DNA of 64,000 bases from Epiperipatus broadwayi (GCA_028023455.1 JAQFVV010000006.1:11656001-11720000); one strand, 5' to 3'. Shown: positions 38,901-50,809, numbered from the stretch's first letter. Numbers and translations: made by a program. Notes: generated by a model from the letters alone, not told the origin.

Positions 38901-40993
38901 AAGTTCGCCAATAAAAACTTCTTTTTTAAGAATTAAAAATAAAAAAAATCATCTTAAACTCGCATATATATAAAATCGCACAGATAAATAATTATTAAAA
39001 TAAAACTTTATTAAAGAAAAAGTATTTTAAAACTAAATTTTCAGAAAAGATTTAGAGATAAAAATATATGTTTAAGTTTGAAAACAGATTAATTAATCTT
39101 TTGTAAAATGGAAATGATTATTTTAATTAGTAAACTAGCCTTGGGCATCTAAAATGTATAAGCAACGGTCAGATAGGAAAACAATAGGAACAGAATGGCC
39201 AATGAAAGAAATCCATCGGGGAAATCGGACCTCAACGGAAGGATCATCATCAACGATGATGTAACGTCCATTGGATCCTAAAGTTATGTATAAAAGAAAA
39301 AATTTGGAAATAAAAAGTGATTTGGTTTAATTAATTAGAAGGAGGAGATGTGACTATATGTGTTAGTGCGGAGTTGAAGGAGAAGGGATTGAAAAGATGC
39401 ACTCTTCAATCCCTTCAGTTGTTAAAAAAAAAAAAGAAATGAAACATCGCTTTTCTTATACTGAGGACAACAGGATCATCGGGGGATTTAATGTGGATTC
39501 CAAATGGCAAGCAACGGATAAAAGGAACGTTTTGAAATCGTAAGAACTTTTTGAACTCTCAGCTTTAAATATAAATAATTTATGAACATTTCTAAACAAA
39601 AGAACTCTAAATACTAAACTTTTCAATATTTATAAATATAAGAATTTCCTATCTGACTAAAGTAGTTAAAATGTTATTTGATGTATTTCTTTTGTAAAAT
39701 CATTTCCATTTATATTTTTTTTTGTTCTTTAAGTTTTATTATGATTTCTGTTTTCCGATAAATTAAAATATATCAATGATAAACTTAAGTCGGGCGTGAA
39801 TGGCTGTATAGATTTGTAAAGTTATATTAGGGGAGGGTAATCTTAGGTTATTCGTGTCGTTGTTGAATTGGGTCAATGGATTGGATATATTGATGTAGTT
39901 AGTAGATGTAATGCAAGATTCGCTATGGGCAGAATCGCTTGTATACGCCGCACACTTCCTCTTGCCTAGGGAATGCGATCGTAAGTCGGCAAAATGACCG
40001 CAGTCCGTTTCTATGGAGTTTTTTTTTATTGTTCTTCTCATTAGATAGATGTAATATTCCTATCTGACGAGAGTCAATGTCTTATCTTAACCTATTTTGT
40101 GTTGCCGTATTCGTATTACATTGAATACATCGATATATCAGATGGATTGACGCCAGGTTGACTGCGAACTTTTAGCCTAAGGTTAAATGGGGATAGAATG
40201 TTTTATCTTCAAATGCAAATCTATGTAGTCTATTCATACTCGACACTAAATAAAAATGCATTAAATTTAAGTTGTTTATAGATGCTTGCATGGATTCGTT
40301 ACCGGCTAATTATGTTTTTGGTTTTCATATTCGATCAAAATATATATAGACATTCGGTAAATACTGATACCTTATGGTGAGTATCTAAAATGTATTTATT
40401 CGGATGTCTTTTAAGTTATTGGTGCCACTGCGGTATCTTACGATGAATACCAGTGGGTTTCTTGTATTCCCTATGCAATTGACGGTATCAATGATTTTGT
40501 ATTTTGATCGTTTATGTTTATTTTGAAATGTTTTAGCCGTGTAATCTATGTAACCGATCTATACTCAACATTTATAAACAACTTTTATAAATCCCTCTGT
40601 GCGAACTTATAATAGCATAAAAATTAAAATGTAAATTTAAATTCTAAAATCAAGTTAAAACCCAAAGTAAAAGTTATTCTAAAATAATGTTAAATTTTAT
40701 ATATATGTGCGTAAATAAATGTTTGTATGTTAATTACTGGCAGTGGCTTATTTTATTTTTTTTTAAAATATTCTTAGATAAGAATTAATAAAATATATTA
40801 TTATAAATATAAATCTCTGCTACTCCCTGAGCTAGTGACAATGGGCTAACGACCGGAATCAAAATAAAAAAAAAAAAAGAAATTTTTTTTTTGACTTACG
40901 TATCTGCCTACTTCATAAATTTTTCTAGGTTCAAATGCCTAGATGGCGCCCTGTAGTGCAGATCACGTTAAGCTCTTTCTCCGGATCGTTACA
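35954..40993 (+). mobile_element. Non-coding two-LTR retroelement (LTRs 35954-38113 and 38839-40993; 725-bp internal region)
   Basis: Both LTRs begin TGTAACG and end (C/A)TTACA. 4-bp TSD CTAT at 35950-35953 and 40994-40997. PBS-like TGGCCACCCAACTTGGGCT lies 2 nt after LTR1. No gag or pol remnant recognised. Confidence 0.88.
38116..38134 (+). promoter_or_regulatory. Degenerate primer-binding site resembling the complement of tRNA-Lys(CUU) 3' end
   Basis: TGGCCACCCAACTTGGGCT vs canonical TGGCGCCCAACGTGGGGCT, in the expected position after the LTR CA end. Confidence 0.6.
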
Positions 40994-41111
40994 CTATTGT
41001 ATAATGAAGATAGAGCCTGTAGTTGTATCATTTATTTAAAATGTAATTCTCTTTCTTGAAATTTATAATTTTTGTCATATCAAAGGTGTCATTATTATTT
41101 CTCTGTTTAAG

Positions 41112-41267
41112 GCTTGGGAAGATACCTTTCTCAATTGGGAACACGCAACAAAATTCCTGGTTCATTATCCAAAGACCAGATTAGAAGAAGGTCAAATTGG
41201 AGAAACTATTTACCGGACAATGGGGAAACGGCGAGCATCGCATCAGAGTACTGAACATGAGCTAGAG
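41112..41267 (+). CDS. NF1: Neurofibromin exon AWEDTFLNWEHATKFLVHYPKTRLEEGQIGETIYRTMGKRRASHQSTEHELE
   Basis: ttaag|gct acceptor, gag|gtaaag donor. 156 nt, phase 0 to 0. Matches AWEDTHAKWEQATKLILNYPKAKMEDGQ. Confidence 0.97.
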
Positions 41268-41879
41268 GTAAAGTGGTAAACGAAAAAAAAAAAATTGTGT
41301 ATTTAAAATCAAAAATTATTTGTTGTGATATTTATTAGTTTTTTTTTTTTTCGATTGTTATTACTATAAAAAAGATATTTGGTCATAATTTTCGACTTTA
41401 AAAAAAAGTAAAAGTAGTTCTCAAAGTGCATAATGTCAGGAAATAAAAAATAAGAGGAGTGTGATTTATTAAAATCTATTAATATTCAATTCAAAGAAAT
41501 TTGGTATGTGCACAATTTAAAATAGAAGTATATATTTTTTATCGGGGATTTAATAATTTGCCTTTGAAAAAGGTGCTTGGCACCAAAAATCATTAAGGTT
41601 ACATTTAATATTGTTTATACTTTTTTCATTTAAGCAGAATTTTTATGCAGGTATATTATTATTAGTGTTGTAATTTGAAAATTATTAGGCAATTAAGATT
41701 TGTAATTGAGAGACTTGACATAATTATAATCTTTGGTGAGAAGCCTTTAGAAGGCATATAGTTTTTGGAATGTGTATTTATTAGACTTGTATACTTATTA
41801 TTTCCATATGTAGTACTCCTCTCTCCGCCTTCAAATCTACGAGTTCCAAAGTTTGAAAAAATATTTCAATAAAAATTTA

Positions 41880-42180
41880 AAAAATTCATGGATTTCATTT
41901 TACAAATTTCACCCCTGTGGCCACTTGTAGGAGTATCACCATGAATCATCTCAATCAGTCATTTTTCTGTCCTGTATGCTCGGTTCAAGTATATGATTGC
42001 ACTCTCTCTTTTTAGATTTATTATCGTATTGTCAATTTTTTCTTTAATTTCCTTAATGTTCACACATGTAAAGGGTGTACATATGCGTTAAACATGTGTA
42101 GAGTTTATGATTATCTACAGAAATACTTGGAACTATATAGCAGCAGGTGTGAGAGGACTAATGTATGCATCTGTATTATT
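41880..42180 (-). mobile_element. Possible Gypsy pol remnant (RNase H / integrase zinc-finger start)
   Basis: Minus strand LIEMIHGDTPTSGHRG resembles the integrase H...GH.G motif. Heavily degraded. Confidence 0.3.
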
Positions 42181-43713
42181 ATTTTTGTTCAATTTCTATC
42201 AATTGCAAGGTAGAGACGTCTCTGAAAATTTTTACTAATTGTAAATTTTTTTCTTCTTCAGTATTTTCTGATTTCATTTATCCATTTTGATGTTTCATAT
42301 ATTGTTTTTATTTTCTGAATAAAGGTGAATTATGTTTTTTTTTTATTTAAATACAATTTTATACTATTTAGTTTTTTCATTCTTTGTATAATGACACATA
42401 TTCAAGTTTTGTCTGTTTATAGCATTCATGAATTTAATTTTCAACCTTGCCATTTCAATATTCGACATTTTGCTCCTTCAAATTGTTTTATATCTTTTGA
42501 ATTGCTTGCTTTCTAAGTGATGAAGTTCTGGGATATTATTAGTTGCACTCGTTTGATAAATATTTCTTTATGACACAAATTGTAAATAATCTTTTTTTTC
42601 CAAAATGCACAATCTATGTTAAATAATCTTTTGTCCAAAAAATTTGTTCATTATGACATCATCCATTCAGATTTTTTGTTCATGATGCACATCACTGCTT
42701 CCATTTTTTACTCATGGTTTTATACTATTTTATCCCATTAAACTTTTTAAAAATTTTTTGTGTAGCTGCTCCTAAAATTTTGGGAAAAGTTGCGTGAATA
42801 ATAGAGATAACTTGCTAGGTCATATGAAGTTTGGCATTGGAAATAACAAATTGAGCTTATTCCGGGAACCTTCATTTCTCAAAGGTCATTTTACCGCTCT
42901 GATAACCTACTAAGGCATTATAATCTATTTTATCTCTTGCAAATGTGATATACTTTGAATTAAATCTTAATTAATCTAAGTCAACATCTTATTAAAAATG
43001 TAAATAATAATTGCAGTATTTATTCTTTTTAGGAAAGATTTTATTTAGTATTAAAATCAATTACTTCTAAAATCAAATATATCTTTGTTTATCGTCAGTG
43101 TTATGTCATGATTTTTACAGAACTAATGCAATTTTTTTAAAAAAAATTCCAAATTAAACTTTCAAATGCAGATAGTTATATTTCATGAAAATATAGTTCT
43201 GACATTATTTTTCTGTTCTTTATTGTCATATAAACTTAATTTTATTTGCAGTTTTTAACCAATGAAGTCATTTTGAATCAGTATGATTGAAAATGAAGAA
43301 ATGATCTAGTTTTTAATTAACCACAAGGGCCATATTATGTGAAAGGTTCATAATAATTTGTGCAGACAAAAAAGTGGAATAATGAATACAGACAAGAAAG
43401 GGAAATCCTACATTTAGTTTATTTCCTAGAGAATGACTTCCAACTTATTGGTGGAGCATTATTAGCTTGTTTGTAGCTCCATTATTGTTTTGAGATGAGG
43501 GCTTTGGTTTTGCTACTATTCTTTATATTTTTCAGCAAGCATACATTAATTGTGATTCTTTGTTAAAATGATGGAATTATGACTAATATTTGAACATGGG
43601 TTACTGATTTTACCTGTTTCTTTGCGATTTCTTTCTTTCTCCCCAACATCAGCATGCCACTTGAACTGTAACGATTACGATATTACATATAAGCTTATTA
43701 TTCAGACACTGAT

Positions 43714-43914
43714 AGTGTCTGAATTTTCTAGCTCTTCACTGAGGTGAGCCAAATGTTCGAATCCAATTGGTCTCGGGATGGGAATGTTCTAGATAGAGAT
43801 TTTAAATATTTTTCAGTGTCTGAATATTCTAGCTCCTCACTGAACTGAGCCAAAAGCTCTAAACCAATTGGTCTGGGGATGGGAATGTTCTAGATAGAGA
43901 TTTTAAATATTTTT
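43714..43914 (+). ncRNA. Family F: 101-bp tandem dimer, each unit a degenerate type I hammerhead
   Basis: Unit 1 ctcttca-CTGAGGT-GAGC-caaat-GTTC-GAAT-CCAATTGG-TC-tcggga. Unit 2 ctcctca-CTGAACT-GAGC-caaaa-GCTC-TAAA-CCAATTGG-TC-tgggga. Stems I, II and palindromic III are recognisable; core positions are mutated. Confidence 0.55.
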
Positions 43915-45677
43915 CTTTTACCACACATATCAGTTAAGAGTTTGTTTGAGCTATTGATTCGCTCCCTATATTATATATAAGCTTGTAGTTATGTAAGTAA
44001 TTTTATTGTATTTTGTTTTACACATATAAGATTTTACTGAATCCTAAATTCCTAACTTCTCTCTGAAGAAGATTTTTATTTCTTTGCTGAAAGCATATGC
44101 TATTAATAATAAGCAGAGCATGTCTTGTGCTATTTTATTAGAATATATCTTATATGCATTTGGAAAAATGGTTTTTTGATGTATAAAGATTGGGAAGCAC
44201 TTCCTTTTAAGATATTTCACAAGATTTTTTTGGATTTGTAATATTTTTAGAAAAATTTCACTTAGGCAATACGTTACCAAATTGAAACTATTTCCTGCCA
44301 AGTATTTTCGATTACTCACCTATTTTTAGTTGGTAAAAAAACAGGCAACAAATCATTGAGATGCTTAATGGTAACAAATGCTTATTTAATAACTACTGAC
44401 TAGTTATTTATATTATTAAAACAAGATTTTTTTTCTGTTTGTATTAAATATATTATTATAATCTGAATTCAAAATTTTTTATAAACCTTTTGTATAAAAC
44501 TGTCAATTGTCAATTATAATTTTTTAAAATATTTTTGTCTTTCATTTTTTTTAAAAAAACAAACAACCAGATTATTATTACCTTTTACCAGATTTTTGCT
44601 ATGTCTCGCTGATTAATATATGCTATGATTAATTTTATTATATACTTTCAAAATATAGATTTTGATAAAGTACATTTAAAGTAACTTTATAATTAGTTAT
44701 TTACCTTTTTATTCATTTAATAGAACTTTCTTTCATTTAGGATGAAAAATAAAATTCTGGATCAAGAAAAACGGTTTTAGTCACAAATTTCTAAGACTCC
44801 TATCACATACTTGTTTATATTTTAGAATTCAGTCATACTTTCTACCGAAAAATAATCCGTATAGTCAGTGGCCCGCACGATTATCTGATCTTTGACGAAC
44901 CAAATGTCATTTGAATCCAGTTTTCCATTGAAAGAAAGATTTATGTTTTTCTGTTGTCTTTTTTTCAATCAGGAAATATTTGACTATTGGATCTTACCAG
45001 TGTATTATTTTAAACCCAGCAGGGCTACAATGATTGAACCAGTTTTTTTTTTCCCTTAGAGTAGACGTTTTTCTTCTTTCTCTATCTTAACAATAAGTAA
45101 TTTTCATGCTTCTTTTGTTTGATATCTTTTCATTGTAACACAATTATAAATTTATTTTTAGAACCGATGACTTTTTTAAATTTCATTTTCATTTATTTTT
45201 TTGTTAATTATTAGTAGTGATTTGACCAGAATTATTCCAATGTCTAGAACTGTTTGATGAAAGTTTCTGTTATTTCACAACTTATTTTGTCAAATCATTT
45301 TTTGTGAGAATAGAAAAAAAACGTTCCCATTTTTATCTAAAGCCTGCTGCATGTATGTATATGTTAAATTCTTAGTCTGACTAGATAATAATAACCAGTG
45401 ATAATCTTCAATCATTATCTGTGGTACTTAGTCAATGCTTTTAACAAAAGTTATTTTAATATGTTAAGTTTGGAGCTACATTCATAATTTAGTGGAGCTT
45501 ATTATGTCTCTCAGCTTTAGGCTTTTTTTTATTTCTAATACAATTAGCTTTTAAAAGTATCTCAATGAATTTTTTTCTCTTTAATATTGTTTTTATGTAT
45601 ATTAGATATTTTAAAAATTTATTTGTATATTATTTCAAAAAAAATAATTACATTGAGAAATTTACACAGAGGCTAAA

Positions 45678-46030
45678 CTCTCCATACAGTAACGCCACCA
45701 CAGCAAGCCAGGGTATTCAATGGATGCAGGAAGGTTTGTGCATAAAATCCCTATCTTGTGGCTACTCAACCAATATCCCCAGGCTAGTTTCTAGCTTGTG
45801 GCTTTCATCAATGAGGAGCCTTGGAACTGAGAGAACTGCACCTAGATTTTAGGATCTAATGTAACCCTCCAGCAGCCACCTCTCCAAAGCTTCTCGCTGA
45901 TGAAAGCTGCAAGCTGGAAACTAGTTTGGAGATATTGGATGAGTAGGAACTTGATAGAATTTTTATGCACAAAACTTCTTGCATCCACTGATTACTCTGG
46001 CTTACACTGGTGACGCTACTGTATGGAGAG
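45678..46030. repeat. Family E inverted repeat (arms ~45678-45826 and ~45881-46030) with HHR-like motif in each arm
   Basis: ctctccatacagtaacgccacca pairs with tggtgacgctactgtatggagag. Plus-strand motif at 45891-45935: ttctcg-CTGATGA-AAGC-tgcaa-GCTG-GAAA-CTAG-TT-tggaga. Confidence 0.8.
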
Positions 46031-47705
46031 ATATGAGTAGGAATACAGGTAGAGAGTTATATATGGTTTTTATAGATGTAGAGAAGGCATATGATAGAGT
46101 AAATAGAAATAGATTATGGGTAAGTTTAGTAAATTTGTGAATGGATGGAGCTTTAGTGGATATTATTAAGAAATTATATGAAAATAATTACTATACCTAT
46201 CAATTAGGGAATGTAGAATCAAAGTTAAAAATGGGATGGAACTAAGGCAAGGATGTCCTCTGTCACCTATTTTGTTTTTGTTGTATTTGAGAGAAATGGA
46301 GAGAGAGCAACAGAAAGACTGGGAAGGGCAGGGATACCATTAATAGGTGGCAAGGGAGTATATACTTTGTCCGGTCTTTTATTTGTGGATGATTTTTTTT
46401 TTGTGTGCAGAAAGAAGGGAAGATATGGAAGTTATGCTGAGGACTTGCATAACGGTGGGTAAAGAGATAGGGATTAAATTTAGTGAAGAAAAATCAAAAG
46501 TAATGATGATTAATACTGGGGAAAGGATGACAAAGAATTTTTACTGGGGGATATAAATTAAGTGTGATGAATAGGTATAACTATTTGGGAATCATCTTAA
46601 ATAATCAGAGATATTGCTTGGACGAATGGGGAAGAAATTTATAAATGAAGCAAAGAAATGAAAGGGATTGATAAAGAAATTAAGTGTTCTCGTATAATAA
46701 ATATGATGTAGCTAGAATTGTATGAAAGGGAGTGGCACTAGCAGGGTTAACATATGGTAATGATGCATTATGTTTTAGTAAGGGGTGTTAGATTACTTAG
46801 AAAAAGTACAAAGAGAAATAAGAAGGCATGCATTAGATGCAGAAGTGTGGCCCGCAAAGGAGGCAATTCAAGGAAAAATGGGATGGTCAAGTTTTTATAT
46901 GATGGATGCAAAAATTAAAATGAAAATGTTCAGTAGATTGCAGTTTACGTATAATAGACGAATAGCATAAAGAGCAGGCAACAAGATGGGTGAGAAAGAT
47001 AATGCGATATGCAAAAGATTTAGATGAAGAATTTATGTCAGTATACTTATACAAAAGGTAGGATAATTGTGTTAGGAGAATTGTTGAGTGTTATAGTGTT
47101 AAGGAATGAGATAGAAGAATAGATGCATTAATAAAGAGTAGGGAATTGGAGAGATGGAGAACTAGTATAGAGAGTAAAAAGAGTTTAAATATTTATAGAA
47201 GTAAACAGAATATTGGGTGTGAGTTAATTTATGATAATAGCAAGGAAAGTAGTTTATTGTTTAGCTCGAACAGGATCTTTAGCAACAAGGGAATATACAT
47301 ATAAATAGAAAAATGTGGGTGATTTAGTCTGCAAGTTGTGTAAGGAAGGCATAGAAAATATTAGACATCTGTTAATTGAATGTAAATGTCTGAAGGCTGA
47401 AAGGGTATAACCCTAATGAAGTTGCGGAAGAATAAATATTAACAAAGTGATTATACAGAAAGTGGCTTATTGGTTTTTATGCTGGGTTTGGGAAAAGATA
47501 AGGGGGGGTTTAGATATAAAGGCCATGGAGTTGACAAATATTATGTTGTGGAAATGGGATGGAGCAGGATAAAGAAGAATATGGGAAAACTTGGGGGTTG
47601 AGAATGGAAAGGAAAATCAAAGTGGGTAATAGGTTTCTTTGGGCATAATTACTGAGAGATTCCTGACTCCATATAAGGAGAAGACACAGTGCATCACATC
47701 ACATC
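46031..47705 (+). mobile_element. Degraded non-LTR retrotransposon RT plus C-terminal zinc knuckle (clade uncertain)
   Basis: FIDVEKAYDRVNR, LRQGCPLSPILF, LLFVDD, KFSEEKSKVM, YNYLGI and CKLCKEGIENIRHLLIECKC. Short (CATCA)n-like tail near 47693-47705. Confidence 0.88.
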
Positions 47706-48216
47706 CTCTGTGTAAACAGTTTGCTTAAGCATAAGAAATGGTGATCATGTGACATTAGGAAATTTGTTTTTTCGTCTTCTTAATAAACGTAAAGCATTAT
47801 TAATATATAAATTTTTCTATAGTACAGGCTTTTTGTTTTTTTATACCTGCACTCCAATATGTAATATATAGAGGTTTGAACTCAGACTTTCACACGACCC
47901 TCAACTATCCACACTATCTCATACTGCTGACCCACTTGATTGTAAAATCAGTGTGTAATAAATAAATATATTAAAAAAAATCTAGTTTTTAAAATTTATC
48001 TTGTTAAATTTTCTATAAATGGCTTACCAGAATTGTTTTCAATTACAGCTGAAATATAGATTTAAATTTTCTGAAATTAAGTTTGAATAATTTTACAAAT
48101 TAAATTTATTAGCTTAAAATGTTAGCAAAAATCCGTCAAAAATTTTTAAATTTTTATTGACAATCTTTTTTTTAAAAAAAAGAGTATGTGAAATATGTTT
48201 TTTTTTTTTTTTAAAG

Positions 48217-48302
48217 GACCAATTAAATGAGTGGGCCAACATGACAGGATTTTTATGTGCTTTGGGAGGAGTATGCCTTCAAAAGAAATCTTCTAAATCA
48301 AG
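48217..48302 (+). CDS. NF1: Neurofibromin exon DQLNEWANMTGFLCALGGVCLQKKSSKS
   Basis: T-tract-aaag|gac acceptor, ag|gtttgt donor. 86 nt, phase 0 to 2. Matches QEWINMTGFLCALGGVCLQQRS. Confidence 0.96.
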
Positions 48303-49460
48303 GTTTGTGTCATTGATATTTTAAAATCTTATTTCATTAATAGATGTTTGATTAAATGCTTCATTAATTATAAAGCCTTTGCTAGATTTCAGAGATACTG
48401 TACTGCATTTCCTTATATGTAGAATATTATTAATTATTTTATCTTTTTTACACAAAACCATTATAAATTTCTATCGTATTATCAAAATCACTGTCCATGA
48501 GACTTTATTAGTAATTTTCAGATGATAAAAATAAATGTGAAATGTAGTGGGATGGTTATATTTTTCTTCCCTCTCTATATGGATAAGATAGAATCTTTAA
48601 ATATCGTATTGAAAATCTTACTCTCTTTCCCTTCTATTGTTGGATAGTAAAGGAAAAAGGCACATATAAATTAATAAATGTCTCCAAACTATATGCGTAA
48701 TTAATTTATGTTATGATAGCGGTATATAATAATATGTTACATAATGACATTCTGAAGTCTGGTTTCAATAGAGAAGGAAATAAAAGATTTTTTTTGTGAT
48801 TTATTTTTCATATCTTAGGCCAATTTTGCTGCTTTTAAACATTTATTGCCTATACAAATACATGGACTGCACATGATTTTTTAAATATTAATAAATTCTA
48901 AAGATTTTTAATGAGGACATAAATAATTTTACAACTTATCAAATATATAATGCTGGGAATATAAACCTATTCATGAACAAACAAGTTTGAATATATTATT
49001 AAGATAATTTACAAGTTGGATTTTCAAAAATCGCTTGAATGAACTTGTAAATAATGCTCATGTTTTGTTATATTAATGACAATTTATTTTATCAGATGAA
49101 ATAGGTTGGTATTGATATAACAAAAGATGGATCTTATTTACAAGCTCATTTAAATGATATTTGACAGTCGAGCTTGGGAATTGTCTTAGTAATGCACCTG
49201 AACTTATTTATTCTCTGAATAGGTTTATATTTATAAATCTACATACATTTATAATTTATATAATGATCTTCAGTATTAATTAAATCAAAAACAACAATAA
49301 TATTTAAAAAAAAATCATAAATTTATATTTTTAAAAATTAAAAAAAAAAAAAAAATTAAGTTAGATGTCGCATGACCTAATTTAATAAAACTTGTGTTTA
49401 CAAACGTTATATATAGGGCTCGCAAAACAAACTCTTAACAAGCTTTGTAGAATATCCCCA

Positions 49461-49500
49461 ACCTCAGACCGGTTTCTGCTACTGGCATCCTCAGTGAGGT
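49461..49500 (-). ncRNA. Intact minimal type I hammerhead ribozyme
   Basis: Minus strand ACCTCA-CTGAGGA-TGC-cagta-GCA-GAAA-CCG-GTC-TGAGGT. 6-bp stem I, CUGAGGA core, 3-bp stem II, GAAA, palindromic ACCGGT stem III, GUC cleavage triplet. Stem I extends (gaatatcc/ggatattc) past an internal loop. Confidence 0.88.
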
Positions 49501-50141
49501 GATAGGATATTCAATCATTAGATTAAAAATACCAGGACAAGCCAACACTTTTTCTAATGTATAACTTTTAAGTAGAAACTGAAATTTTCAGACATCCATA
49601 TGTCTTCGAATCCAGCTATGTAACTTAAATAGCCATATGGGACTGAACTAAGTTCAGATACACCATATATTAATAGTTTTAGCAATATAAAATCGCCAAA
49701 GCCATTATAGCAAAAAATAAAATTACAAAAAAAAAAAATCAAGTCAGATGTCACATGACCTAATTTTATTAAAGCTTGTGTTTACAAATGCTATATATAG
49801 ATCTCGCAAAACAAACTCTTAACAAGCTTCCGCGAACTCTATATATAATATTTATAAACACAAGCTTTATTAAATTAGGTCATGTGACATCTGACTTGAT
49901 ATTTTTTTATTTGTAATTTTAGTTTTTGCTATGATAGCTTTGGCAATTTTATATTGCTAAAGCTATTAATATATGGTGTATCTGAATTTAGTTCAGTCCC
50001 ATATGGCTCTTTAAATTAGATAGCTGGATTGGAAAACATATGGATGTCTGAAAATTTCAGAGTTTCTACTTATTAATTATACATTAGATAAAATGCTGGG
50101 CTTGTCCTGGTATTTTTAATCTAATGATTGAATATCCTAGC

Positions 50142-50181
50142 ACCTCACTGAGGACGCCAATAGCAGAAACCGGTCTGAGTT
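50142..50181 (+). ncRNA. Family A hammerhead, sense copy (core intact, two stem mismatches)
   Basis: ACCTCA-CTGAGGA-CGC-caata-GCA-GAAA-CCG-GTC-TGAGTT. C.A mismatch at the base of stem II and one mismatch in stem I. Confidence 0.7.
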
Positions 50182-50698
50182 TGGGGATATTCTACAAAGC
50201 TTGTTAAGAGTTTGTTTTCCTAGCTCTATATATAACATTTTAAAAATTAAATAACATTTTTTTACATTCAGTTTATCTTTACACAATCGTTATATTTTTT
50301 ACTTAAAATTTTATTCAAAAGTGCTATCTATTATTTGAAATAATAATAATGTTTTTTTTTTTTTCTATTTGATAATTTAGAATATTTTTTTTATTACTGC
50401 ATTGGAAGTTAATATTCTTATAATCTTTGAACTTTATAATGGATTAGATTCTGAGTATTGGGGTTTGAGTAATGTAGTTAATAGTAAAATTGGTATTTTT
50501 CACTATTATTATTAATAAATATTTTAAATCTATTTTATTTAAAAGCAAAATGTGGCAATTTTATAAGTTTTGCAATGTATTAGCATTAATAAAATTGAAG
50601 CATTTGTTATTCCTTTGTCTGCTCTTTTATATAAAATATACTTTCTTAAATAATTTATAATTAATTTTACGTACAATTCTATTTTTTTATTTTCGAAG

Positions 50699-50788
50699 CT
50701 TTTCATGTTCCTCTTTATCCATTGAGTCACGGAAGAGTAGTGTACTTCCTAGTACCAGTCAGGATATGCAGTATTGTCCAGTCACTCA
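50699..50788 (+). CDS. NF1: Neurofibromin exon (S)FSCSSLSIESRKSSVLPSTSQDMQYCPVT(Q)
   Basis: tttcgaag|c acceptor, ca|gtaagt donor. 90 nt, phase 2 to 2, in frame with both neighbours. QDMQYCPV resembles fly QDVSYCPV (recalled). The acceptor is less certain than the donor. Confidence 0.85.
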
Positions 50789-50809
50789 GTAAGTATTGTT
50801 ATATTATGT

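Larger units (their letters stand above)
49358..50240. mobile_element. Family A: 383-bp HHR-bearing unit (1.2 tandem copies) plus inverted copy; retrozyme/PLE pLTR-like
   Basis: aagt(t/c)agatgtc(g/a)catgacctaattt...aaactcttaacaagct occurs at 49358 and 49741 (period 383). 49838-50240 is the reverse complement of the unit. Confidence 0.9.

Noticed and set aside
43714-43914. CRISPR-like array, here or at the short tandem pairs at ~14600-14720, ~28920-29060 and ~34090-34190
   Set aside because: Only two copies each, no unique spacers, eukaryotic intron context and no cas genes.
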